Shown piece by piece: positions 1 to 7,712 of a stretch of 64,000 bases of DNA (within the stretch, counting starts at the first letter, position 1; each line of letters starts with the position of its first letter). This stretch comes from a virus. The notes below the pieces were generated by a model. The model saw nothing but the letters and a program-made list of their open reading frames with translations. It searched no databases and was not told the DNA's origin. The translations under genes were made by a program, and so were the position numbers. Where the stretch lies: IMG/VR virus record IMGVR_UViG_3300032236_001082, positions 32,001 to 96,000 of that record. The stretch is one strand, 5' to 3'.

Positions 1-114
1 ATACACTTTCTGTGAAGATTGTGAACAAAATATTGACCGATTCTCGTTCTATGATGATGACCGAGGAATTGTCTGGTCAAAATGGTCAATAACTAAATAA
101 AGAAAGGGGCTATT

Positions 115-276
115 ATGTCCACTATGATAAATGAAATCTGTGTAGGCTGTGGCAAAGTAATGGGTCAAGTATCCATCTATGACGCTCAATTTATCTCAGA
201 TCCCACCTGCTGGGATTGTGCTGATGAGGCACTATATGCTGAATATCTAAATCAATTGGCAGATATGGCTGACTAA
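115..276 (+). CDS. Zn-finger microprotein (53 aa, CxxC...CxxC)
   Basis: Hand-translated MSTMINEICVGCGK...CWDCADE; AGAAAGGGG RBS upstream. Confidence 0.6.
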   Translation: MSTMINEICVGCGKVMGQVSIYDAQFISDPTCWDCADEALYAEYLNQLADMAD

Positions 277-277
277 A

Positions 278-299
278 TGTCAGTGGTACCTGCTACAAT
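278..299 (+). promoter_or_regulatory. Early promoter: TGTCAGTGG element + extended -10 TGcTACAAT
   Basis: One of 8 copies with TGTC starting exactly 16 nt before the -10 hexamer. Confidence 0.75.
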
Positions 300-333
300 A
301 TAACCCTCAAACCCGATAGAAAGAAGAAAACAA

Positions 334-591
334 ATGACAGTACAACATAACTTAGAAACCTCAAACTGGTTGGCATTCCCGTTCGAAGTTGACGGCATTA
401 ATTATGTCTCAAAAATCAAGCCTGATTCTGCTATGGCTAAGCGTGTGGCAGGTGTGCCTGCTACAGTATTCGTCTCGCTTAACGCTGATTGTGTTCGTGA
501 ACTTATTGGCAAGGCAACTCGTGAAGAGGCTCTCTCTAAACTAGAATTTATCAACGCAGGTGCTAGTGAAGCCGTTATCGAAATTGTCTGA
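334..591 (+). CDS. Hypothetical early protein
   Basis: ORF with AGAAAG RBS downstream of promoter motif. Confidence 0.75.
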   Translation: MTVQHNLETSNWLAFPFEVDGINYVSKIKPDSAMAKRVAGVPATVFVSLNADCVRELIGKATREEALSKLEFINAGASEAVIEIV

Positions 592-698
592 GCAAGTTAG
601 AAGAGTCCAAGAGTTGAGGCGTAGTAATGCGTCTCAACCTCTTAGGAATAAAAAGAAATATACCCGTAAACAAAAACACAAGAAAGCAGAATACTAAT

Positions 699-956
699 AT
701 GTCAAATATCTCTACCGCCCTCGAAATTCAACAAGCATGCACTCAGTCAGTCTTTAATGATGAAAATCTAATTATTGCTGCCGAAATTGCAAACGCTACA
801 GATTTTAATCCTGAAGTGATGGCTTTGCTCCTTAAGTACTCCGCAAGTTTAACGGCGGACGTTGCAACTCGTGTAACAACAATTTTAATGCCTCATGATG
901 AAATCCAAGCAATGATTTCAGAATTGCAAGAAGTGGAGGCATTCGATGTCAACTAA
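699..956 (+). CDS. Hypothetical early protein (start moved to ATG 699)
   Basis: AGAAAG RBS before ATG 699; upstream extension is A-rich leader. Confidence 0.65.
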   Translation: MSNISTALEIQQACTQSVFNDENLIIAAEIANATDFNPEVMALLLKYSASLTADVATRVTTILMPHDEIQAMISELQEVEAFDVN

Positions 957-1131
957 TGTGCACACTGAATTGATCCAAAATGCATTAGGTGTCACGGAAG
1001 ACGTGGCCCTACGTGTACAGGATGAGATTAACACTTATTATAATTTAGATTGGTCCGAAGCAACTCCTGCAGAGATTAATTTTATTTCGCATGCAGCTTT
1101 TGAAAGCTTGAATGTAACGCATCAATTTTAA
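946..1131 (+). CDS. Hypothetical protein
   Basis: GGAGG RBS, overlaps previous gene. Confidence 0.65.
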   Translation: MSTNVHTELIQNALGVTEDVALRVQDEINTYYNLDWSEATPAEINFISHAAFESLNVTHQF

Positions 1132-1185
1132 TTGCGACGGGTAGAGAGATGACGGTGGGTCCAGGGGTGGGCCCACCGTTCTACA

Positions 1186-1230
1186 CGACACGCCCGAGTG
1201 GGCGCGGGCTGTCCGAAATGTCCGTTTTGT
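1186..1230 (+). repeat. 45-bp GC-rich intergenic repeat, copy 1 (CGACACGCCCGAGTGGGCGCGGG...CCGAAATGTCCGTTTTGT)
   Basis: Near-identical to 3250-3294; partial copy at 2152-2169. Confidence 0.85.
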
Positions 1231-1231
1231 C

Positions 1232-1247
1232 TGTGAGGTTTATCACA
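1232..1247. promoter_or_regulatory. CRP/GlxR-type box TGTGA-N6-TCACA
   Basis: TGTGAggtttaTCACA perfect match. Confidence 0.7.
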
Positions 1248-1296
1248 CAGTTTGAGCGTCTCAAAATATGAAATTACTGGCTAGTAAGTAGAATAA

Positions 1297-1318
1297 TGTC
1301 AGTGCCTTACGATATAAT
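1297..1318 (+). promoter_or_regulatory. Early promoter: TGTCAGTG element + TATAAT
   Basis: Fixed 16-nt offset motif upstream of ORF 1354. Confidence 0.7.
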
Positions 1319-1353
1319 ATCCGTATTAAGCAAAAAGAAAGAAGGTAGTCACT

Positions 1354-1575
1354 ATGGCTAATCTATATAATATCGAGTCCCTACTAATTGGTAAATCTTA
1401 CTACTCAGTTAATCGTAAAGGTTTAAGTGGAATTATCCAAGATGCTGAAAAGCGTTCAGATGTCTATTTCGACAAAGCAGATGCTTATTTAGTTCGTGTT
1501 CGCCCCGTATATAAAGGCGACGGGATTTTCCGTAACGATTTCTACGCAACAGTAGCAGTTCAGGTAGGTGAATAA
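1354..1575 (+). CDS. Hypothetical protein (possible SH3-like fold)
   Basis: ORF track; AGAAGG RBS. Confidence 0.7.
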   Translation: MANLYNIESLLIGKSYYSVNRKGLSGIIQDAEKRSDVYFDKADAYLVRVRPVYKGDGIFRNDFYATVAVQVGE

Positions 1576-1691
1576 TGCTTAAAGAAATATTTATATGCGA
1601 TAATTGCGATACTCTCGCCACAGTGTCAGTGGTATCTGATACAATAACTATCTCACAATGTCAATGCCTTACCTTAGATTGGAATAACTAA
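1575..1691 (+). CDS. Cys-rich microprotein (38 aa) with embedded promoter at 1624-1645
   Basis: MLKEIFICDNCD...QCQC; TAATG coupling on both sides. Confidence 0.5.
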   Translation: MLKEIFICDNCDTLATVSVVSDTITISQCQCLTLDWNN

Positions 1692-1906
1692 TGACTAACT
1701 ATAAAATCACAGTAACCTATGACTCTAATCCCGCTCCAGACTTTAGTTTCCAATACTCAGATGAACTACAAGCACACAAAGAGTTTGCTAAGTTTATTGA
1801 CTGGGGATTTGCTGACGAATACTCAACAGTTAATCTATACACGCCAACAGGCAAGTGTTATACTAAAATATTTTATCGTGAAGGAAGAAAGGTAGTGGAG
1901 AAATAA
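1691..1906 (+). CDS. Hypothetical protein
   Basis: ORF track; coupled stop/start. Confidence 0.7.
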   Translation: MTNYKITVTYDSNPAPDFSFQYSDELQAHKEFAKFIDWGFADEYSTVNLYTPTGKCYTKIFYREGRKVVEK

Positions 1907-2121
1907 TGGCTAAGCACCCACCCGTAGGATCAGCTAACTGGCATAATCTATTTATAGATGAGAAAGTGTCTGTATATCAAGATGGTAACGATGACATATT
2001 TTATAAGGTAGTTATCAAGGGTTCCCGCCCTAAGTATTTCTACAATGAAACAGCCCATAGCGATGTCTCTCGCTATTGCGCTGATGAACTGGGCATAAGT
2101 TACTGGTCAGTACTAAACTAA
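1906..2121 (+). CDS. Hypothetical protein
   Basis: ORF track; GGAG RBS. Confidence 0.7.
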   Translation: MAKHPPVGSANWHNLFIDEKVSVYQDGNDDIFYKVVIKGSRPKYFYNETAHSDVSRYCADELGISYWSVLN

Positions 2122-2133
2122 ATAGAATTGTCG

Positions 2134-2149
2134 TGTGAGGTAAATCACA
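2134..2149. promoter_or_regulatory. CRP/GlxR-type box
   Basis: TGTGAggtaaaTCACA, upstream of TGGACA-18-TAAAAT promoter (2171-2200). Confidence 0.7.
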
Positions 2150-2233
2150 CACGACACGCCCATAGTGGGTTGGACAAAGGTTGGCTCACTATGGTAAAAT
2201 ACCACCTATAACAACAACAGAAAAGGAAACAAA

Positions 2234-2404
2234 ATGACCGATACAACAGCAAAGAAGACCTACGCAGTAGGCGACCTATTCACCACTCAGAAGTCAGGTG
2301 TAACAGGCACTATCAAGGAAATCAACCCTATCAGCGCAAGCACAACCCGTGTTTTGCTTGATGTAAATGGTGAAGACCGCTGGACAACAGCAGTATTTAA
2401 CTAA
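2234..2404 (+). CDS. 56-aa microprotein, paralog of 3009-3179
   Basis: Hand-translated; GDLFTTxKxGVTG motif; AGAAAAGG RBS. Confidence 0.75.
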   Translation: MTDTTAKKTYAVGDLFTTQKSGVTGTIKEINPISASTTRVLLDVNGEDRWTTAVFN

Positions 2405-2492
2405 TTATTAAATCGGCTACCCCTCACCAATGTCGGTGGGGGGTGCTATAATAACTCTCTCAAACCAACCCGAATAGAAAGAAGAAAAATAA

Positions 2493-2909
2493 ATGGCTCG
2501 TAGTATCACAGTAAAGGTGGCAACACCAAAGGTAATCGCTGCTCTCGAAGCAAAGTTAGTCCAACTTAAAACCGATAAGGACAACGAAGCAAGCAACGAA
2601 GCAAAGCATCAAGAGGCTCTAAAGAATTGGCGTAAGGAAATTGGCGAGTATGCTATTGCTAATTTTGCTAAGGCTGAAAACCTCCGTACAAATTATCGCT
2701 CTTGGAATAAAACTCTCAATGTAGATTTTGACCTCACAGTAGCAGAAGGTAATTTCCCTGCTGAACCACAGCGTGATTTCACAACTATTCACGACCACAC
2801 TTATCGTGAAATGGTAGAGGAAATTAACAACGCCCTCAACATCTTAAAGATGACCGACGAGGAAACAGTTAATGCTTCTACAATGAAGTCTATCGCTCAG
2901 TATCTCTAA
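2493..2909 (+). CDS. Hypothetical early protein
   Basis: ORF track; promoter 2431-2452 and AGAAAG RBS. Confidence 0.8.
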   Translation: MARSITVKVATPKVIAALEAKLVQLKTDKDNEASNEAKHQEALKNWRKEIGEYAIANFAKAENLRTNYRSWNKTLNVDFDLTVAEGNFPAEPQRDFTTIHDHTYREMVEEINNALNILKMTDEETVNASTMKSIAQYL

Positions 2910-3008
2910 ATAAATAATCGAAACAGGGGCAGTTTGAGAGTGTTCTCGCCCAATGTCGTAAGTAATAACTCTCACTATAATTAAAAACCCGAACAGAAAG
3001 AAAAAGCA

Positions 3009-3179
3009 ATGACACTACAAGGATACACATATCAAATCGGCGATCTATTCACAACATCTAAAACAGGTGTAACAGGTCGCATCACTAACTTCTCGCCAAT
3101 TAACAACAAGGTAACTCGTGTTTCGTTAAAGCTGGCAAATGGCGCACATCGTTTTGCTATGGTTAAAACAACTAAGTAA
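3009..3179 (+). CDS. 56-aa microprotein, paralog of 2234-2404
   Basis: MTLQGYTYQIGDLFTTSKTGVTGRI...; AGAAAG RBS. Confidence 0.75.
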   Translation: MTLQGYTYQIGDLFTTSKTGVTGRITNFSPINNKVTRVSLKLANGAHRFAMVKTTK

Positions 3180-3249
3180 ATAAATATTGTGTGGGTTCGC
3201 AATGATACCCGAGTAAGAGTGCCGTAGTCGGTACCACCCACACTATTTG

Positions 3250-3294
3250 CGACACGCCCGAGTGGGCGCGGGCCGCCCGAAATGTCCGTTTTGT
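3250..3294 (+). repeat. 45-bp GC-rich intergenic repeat, copy 2
   Basis: Near-identical to 1186-1230. Confidence 0.85.
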
Positions 3295-3309
3295 AACGAC
3301 TCTCCCATA

Positions 3310-3339
3310 TTGACATAACCCCTACAGATAGGCTATAAT
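3310..3339 (+). promoter_or_regulatory. Consensus sigmaA promoter TTGACA-18-TATAAT
   Basis: Exact hexamers. Confidence 0.75.
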
Positions 3340-3345
3340 TTTCAG

Positions 3346-3447
3346 ATGATAGCAGCCCTAGTATTAGTCCCGCTTGTGATTATTCTCACACCCGCTGTAA
3401 TGCTGCTCGGAATTGTCCTATTTGTGAAGACTCTCCGTATTAAATAG
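3346..3447 (+). CDS. Leaderless 33-aa hydrophobic (TM) peptide
   Basis: MIAALVLVPLVIILTPAVMLLGIVLFVKTLRIK; ATG 6 nt after TATAAT. Confidence 0.45.
   Translation: MIAALVLVPLVIILTPAVMLLGIVLFVKTLRIK
3375..3390. promoter_or_regulatory. CRP/GlxR-type box
   Basis: TGTGAttattcTCACA. Confidence 0.65.
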
Positions 3448-3508
3448 ATTTGACTAATGTCAGTGGCATATGTTAGAATAAGGCTTCAATAACAGAAAGT
3501 AGGTTCAT

Positions 3509-4540
3509 ATGAACAACACCGCTCATAAATCAGAAGTAGAGAATGGTTCTGTATCATTCGCTCTTGTTGATTCCCGCTCTAATCCTGCATGGCACTCTTA
3601 TGCGAATAAGATTTTTGATGCAGATACAGAAACCCCGACAGTATCAGAAATTATGGATGCTGCTAAACTATCTAATTGGAATGTATCTCTTGAGCCTGTC
3701 TCAGAATTGGTTCCAGATTATACAATGGTAACAGAATCTTATCTTGTTACACGTGACAATCCTTATACAGCAGGACAGAAAGATGTTTTGTCCGTCGTAG
3801 GCTCACGCTACAAGGCTGTACAGAATGAAGATTTGTTTGCGTTTGCACAAAATCTTCACGATTCTAACCCTGATGTCAAAATTGACAGTGCAGGTTCTTT
3901 CAAGAATGGTCGTGTAGTTTATGGCTCTTGGTCAATCCCTAATCAACTTGTGCTTGACCCACAAGGTGCTAACGATGCAACTAATTTGTATCTTGTTGTT
4001 CATACGTCACACGATGGCTCGGTAGCGATTCAAGCAGGAATTACACCTGTGCGTGTTAAGTGCCAGAATACACTTAACTTTGCAATGAAACGTGCTAAGC
4101 AATCTTTCAAGATTCGACACACCGCAACAGTGGATGGAAAAATTGCTGCTGCACGTGAGGCTCTAGGAATGTCGGTTGCGTACTTTGATGAGTTCTCTAA
4201 GCAAGCAAACGAATTGTTTGAGCGTGAGGTTACTAACTCTCAATTCTCAAAAATCATCAACACACTTTATCCTAAGCCTGAGAGTGACTCTAAGGGTGCT
4301 ATCACTAAGTGGGAAAATAAGGTTGTCCTGCTTGATGAGTTGTACCACAACTCTCCTACTAACGCTAATATCAAGGGTACAGCGTGGGGCGTTGTTAATG
4401 CTCTCACCGAACGCCTAGACTATTATCGTACAGCCCGCAAGGGTGGCGAATCACTCGCTTATTCTGCTAGCGGATTTGACCCCGTTATCACAGCAGAAAA
4501 AAATAAAATTGTTAAGCAGGTTCTTTCACTAACCGCTTAA
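3509..4540 (+). CDS. DUF932/DUF945 phage-plasmid protein
   Basis: AWH, VG.RY..VQN, SHDGS, TPVRV.C.NTL, IRHT, GTAWG..NALTE motifs. Confidence 0.88.
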   Translation: MNNTAHKSEVENGSVSFALVDSRSNPAWHSYANKIFDADTETPTVSEIMDAAKLSNWNVSLEPVSELVPDYTMVTESYLVTRDNPYTAGQKDVLSVVGSRYKAVQNEDLFAFAQNLHDSNPDVKIDSAGSFKNGRVVYGSWSIPNQLVLDPQGANDATNLYLVVHTSHDGSVAIQAGITPVRVKCQNTLNFAMKRAKQSFKIRHTATVDGKIAAAREALGMSVAYFDEFSKQANELFEREVTNSQFSKIINTLYPKPESDSKGAITKWENKVVLLDELYHNSPTNANIKGTAWGVVNALTERLDYYRTARKGGESLAYSASGFDPVITAEKNKIVKQVLSLTA

Positions 4541-4545
4541 TAAAT

Positions 4546-4577
4546 TGGGAGGGCGAAAGCCCTCCCACTCTTTTTTT
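4546..4577 (+). terminator. Intrinsic terminator
   Basis: TGGGAGGGC-GAAA-GCCCTCCCA followed by T-run. Confidence 0.9.
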
Positions 4578-4589
4578 ATTTGGAGGATC

Positions 4590-4694
4590 ATGTCAGCTCG
4601 AATTGTAATATGTAATAAATGTAAAAAAGAAATTGAAGTGCGATCAAAATTTGCACACGACACTTTAAATAATCACTTGACAAAATGCAAATAA
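4590..4694 (+). CDS. 34-aa C2HC/BED-like Zn-finger microprotein
   Basis: MSARIVICNKCKKEI...NNHLTKCK; GGAGG RBS. Confidence 0.55.
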   Translation: MSARIVICNKCKKEIEVRSKFAHDTLNNHLTKCK

Positions 4695-4882
4695 TTTGGC
4701 GCGGGTAGAGCGGTCATATCTTTTCTAAAAAGTCAATTACGATAGAGGTAAAAATCTCCCTGGAATATAGACAAAACCTGATCATATGTCCAAGCTTTAC
4801 GATCAAACAAGTATATGCTGTATGGACAAATGTCAGTGGGGTATGGTATTATATGACCCTAATTACGAACAAAGGATATAAA

Positions 4883-5557
4883 ATGCCAAACTGGGTATAT
4901 AATGGATTAACTGCACAAGGTCCAAAAGAATCTGTGTATAAGATGAAAGAGCAATTGAATACACCTTTTGTAGACTATATAGAGGCTACAGGTGATTTGG
5001 CTTATGGTATTAAGCAGACTAAGTATTCTAATCCCGTCTTTTCTTTCCGTAACATTATCGCCCCCACCAATCTTGAAGAATATAAGAAGCAACCTTTTAC
5101 TTTTAATGGTGATGAACGTACTGAGAATCCTGATTCTTGGTATAACTTTAATATCCGTAACTGGGGTGTTAAATGGGATGTAGCCGTATCTAATGATAAC
5201 GAGCATCCTGAGACATATATGGAAGAGTTTGAGGATGAATGGACTGCATCTGTATACTATAACTTTAATACTGCTTGGGGTATTCCACTACCTGCCTTAA
5301 CTACATTGTCATCTCAGTATCCCGACCTTTTGTTTACTTTGTCTTACGAAGAAGAAACTGGTTGGGGCGGAGAAATGGAACTGCTACGAGGTGTGGTAAT
5401 CAGTGATAATCAGTATGGCTGGAAGTGTCGTGAGTGTGACCACACCGAGGAAGACACACCTTACTGCGAAGAGTGCGAATACGATATGTGTCCAAAATGT
5501 GGGTGGGGAGAACCATCAGAAACCTGTGCGGTACATAAGGAAGAGGTGAATGCATAA
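4883..5557 (+). CDS. DUF1281/Api92-like ferredoxin-fold protein with C-terminal CxxC motifs
   Basis: MPNWxxN, WYxxNxxNWGxKWD, FxTAW motifs. Confidence 0.75.
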   Translation: MPNWVYNGLTAQGPKESVYKMKEQLNTPFVDYIEATGDLAYGIKQTKYSNPVFSFRNIIAPTNLEEYKKQPFTFNGDERTENPDSWYNFNIRNWGVKWDVAVSNDNEHPETYMEEFEDEWTASVYYNFNTAWGIPLPALTTLSSQYPDLLFTLSYEEETGWGGEMELLRGVVISDNQYGWKCRECDHTEEDTPYCEECEYDMCPKCGWGEPSETCAVHKEEVNA

Positions 5558-6159
5558 TGGATCAAAGCTGGAATAAGTATACACACGTATGCCATACTTG
5601 TGATGCCTTAATTGAATATACCTCTACCAGAAATGTGACAGACATCACATGCGAATGTGGCGGGAATACCGTACTTTTGTCAGTGGCTGGTGCTACAATA
5701 CTCCCTATAACCGATAAGAAAGAAGAAGCAATGGAAACCACAACTACCGTCCCACAGACAATTACTCTTGACTGGGTTGAGAATGATGTCACCAAGACAA
5801 CCACATATACTGAATCAGATATTCGCAATATGGTTTGGCAGAACAAGAATCTTTATTCAAAGCAAAACGAGTACTACCGCAAGGAATCACAACTCCGTAC
5901 TTTGCTTGAAGAGGTTTATGCTGACTCATCAGAGCAGGACACACTTGCTCAGATTGCAGAAATCTTTGATGTATCATTAACTAAGGAAATCGAAGTTACT
6001 GCTTGGGTTCGTGTTGACATGGTTATCGAAGTTGACATGGCTGAAGGCGACTACGACATCGAACAGTTGGTTTCTGATAACTTGACTATTGATTCATATG
6101 GTTCAGAGATTACAGTTAACAACCACGAGATTGACCGAGTAGAGGAAGGTGCATATTAA
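5557..6159 (+). CDS. Hypothetical; N-terminal Zn-finger part, internal promoter (5678-5699) and second start at 5731
   Basis: ORF track; internal TGTCAGTGG promoter and AGAAAG RBS before ATG 5731. Confidence 0.7.
   Translation: MDQSWNKYTHVCHTCDALIEYTSTRNVTDITCECGGNTVLLSVAGATILPITDKKEEAMETTTTVPQTITLDWVENDVTKTTTYTESDIRNMVWQNKNLYSKQNEYYRKESQLRTLLEEVYADSSEQDTLAQIAEIFDVSLTKEIEVTAWVRVDMVIEVDMAEGDYDIEQLVSDNLTIDSYGSEITVNNHEIDRVEEGAY
5634..5649. promoter_or_regulatory. CRP/GlxR-type box
   Basis: aaaTGTGAcagacaTCACAt. Confidence 0.7.
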
Positions 6160-6334
6160 TGGCACGTACTAGTTTTATCTCAGGCACGGTTTACGAAGTA
6201 AACTATCCAGATGGTCAGGAAGACCTTTTGGAACAGGCTTACAATGCATTTTGGGATTTTGGAGCAGAGATGCCAGAAGGCTTTGAAATCTACGAATCAG
6301 ATGTTACACATTTTTGGGAAGGAGAGACAGTTTA

Positions 6335-6544
6335 ATGTCTATTTACACAGTTGATGCTGGTTCCCGCCAAACGGCGGGAGCAATTATGATGGAGGCTTGG
6401 AAGTATGGCATAGAGGTAGAACACCTATATGGCAACCAGGTAGAACTATGTTCGGGTAATGAAGAAAAGCTGGATTTAGTTATTAATAAGTTTGCAGGTA
6501 TCAAAGTACTACATAAAGAACTAATTAAGGAGATCTTTGAGTGA
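6335..6544 (+). CDS. Hypothetical protein
   Basis: ORF track, ATG start with GGAG RBS. Confidence 0.6.
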   Translation: MSIYTVDAGSRQTAGAIMMEAWKYGIEVEHLYGNQVELCSGNEEKLDLVINKFAGIKVLHKELIKEIFE

Positions 6545-6701
6545 ACGAGTTAATTGAATATATTAAGTTACATCTAATTAGTTTAGAACAAGACCTAGAT
6601 GGTGAAACAAATGACTATGACATTAGTTATATCCAAGGGGCTATAGATGCCACTGGACACATACTTGACACAGCCAAGACATATATGGTAGGATAACGCC
6701 C

Positions 6702-7061
6702 ATGAATATAACACCACAAGAACGTATGGACCTACTGCTAGATATCAATGTCAGTATGACTAAGTATACTGATTCCAATGGGTCAGATTGGCGTCCCGCC
6801 ATTCAAGACTATGTAACCTATCATACACTACGCAATATGTATGAGGATGACTACAGCGAACTTAAGCCGTACACACTATGGCGTAAGAAACCTGATGAGA
6901 TTATGCTTAGCATAATTAATTCCACACAACTATTCACAATTGACTTTGGGTGGGAAGACCTACACGAATCAATCCGTGAGTGGCTAATCGAAGAAGAATT
7001 CATCGTAGATGCCGATGAAGCAAGTGAAGAAGAATACAAACAACTAATGGAGGAGATGTAA
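6702..7061 (+). CDS. Hypothetical acidic protein
   Basis: ORF track. Confidence 0.7.
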   Translation: MNITPQERMDLLLDINVSMTKYTDSNGSDWRPAIQDYVTYHTLRNMYEDDYSELKPYTLWRKKPDEIMLSIINSTQLFTIDFGWEDLHESIREWLIEEEFIVDADEASEEEYKQLMEEM

Positions 7062-7062
7062 C

Positions 7063-7257
7063 ATGGCAGCAAAGAAGACAGCAACAGAGACAGCAGCACC
7101 AACAGTCCCAGCACGTGAGTTCCTAGTATCAAAGGGCTTTAAGCCTGGTGCACGTGGCCGCTTTAGCACTGAGATGGTAAAGGCACTGCAGGATGCAGGC
7201 TATCCAATTAAGGCACCAAAAGAGCGTTCAAAGGTTACTTCGGTCCCTTTAGCGTAA
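7063..7257 (+). CDS. lsr2: Lsr2-like DNA-binding domain protein; possible -1 frameshift extension to 7445
   Basis: AREFLxxKG..PGARGRFS AT-hook-like RGR motif. Confidence 0.65.
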   Translation: MAAKKTATETAAPTVPAREFLVSKGFKPGARGRFSTEMVKALQDAGYPIKAPKERSKVTSVPLA

Positions 7258-7460
7258 ACCCTTACTTCGAACTGCCCCCGATCCGAGTATCACGTACACT
7301 GTACGGGCTCGATAGGTTGGGGGCACGTATCGGGTATGTAATGTGCGGGGATTGCAAATTGCACATGTCCTATTGCAATTGCGACGGGGGAGTAAAAGCT
7401 CCGTCTCAAATAGTGAAAGCACTTGATAATCTAGTACGACTATGATAGAATGGGGGACTT

Positions 7461-7712
7461 ATGGCTATCAGTATAAATCAGAAATATGTTAAACAGACTA
7501 ATGATATGTTGCTTAACGCAGAGGCTAATTTAGAACTAATTGCCACTCAGTTAAACACACTACCTGCCCGAGAGCAGAACAGATTGTTTAGGATTATCCT
7601 AAGTTATATAGACATTGTTTCTAATTCTAGAAACGCTGGTATGAAGGATATGATTAACCTATCTAAAGATATAATGGACACCGTAAATCTATACTATGAG
7701 GAGAATCAATAA
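7461..7712 (+). CDS. Hypothetical protein
   Basis: ORF track. Confidence 0.65.
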   Translation: MAISINQKYVKQTNDMLLNAEANLELIATQLNTLPAREQNRLFRIILSYIDIVSNSRNAGMKDMINLSKDIMDTVNLYYEENQ

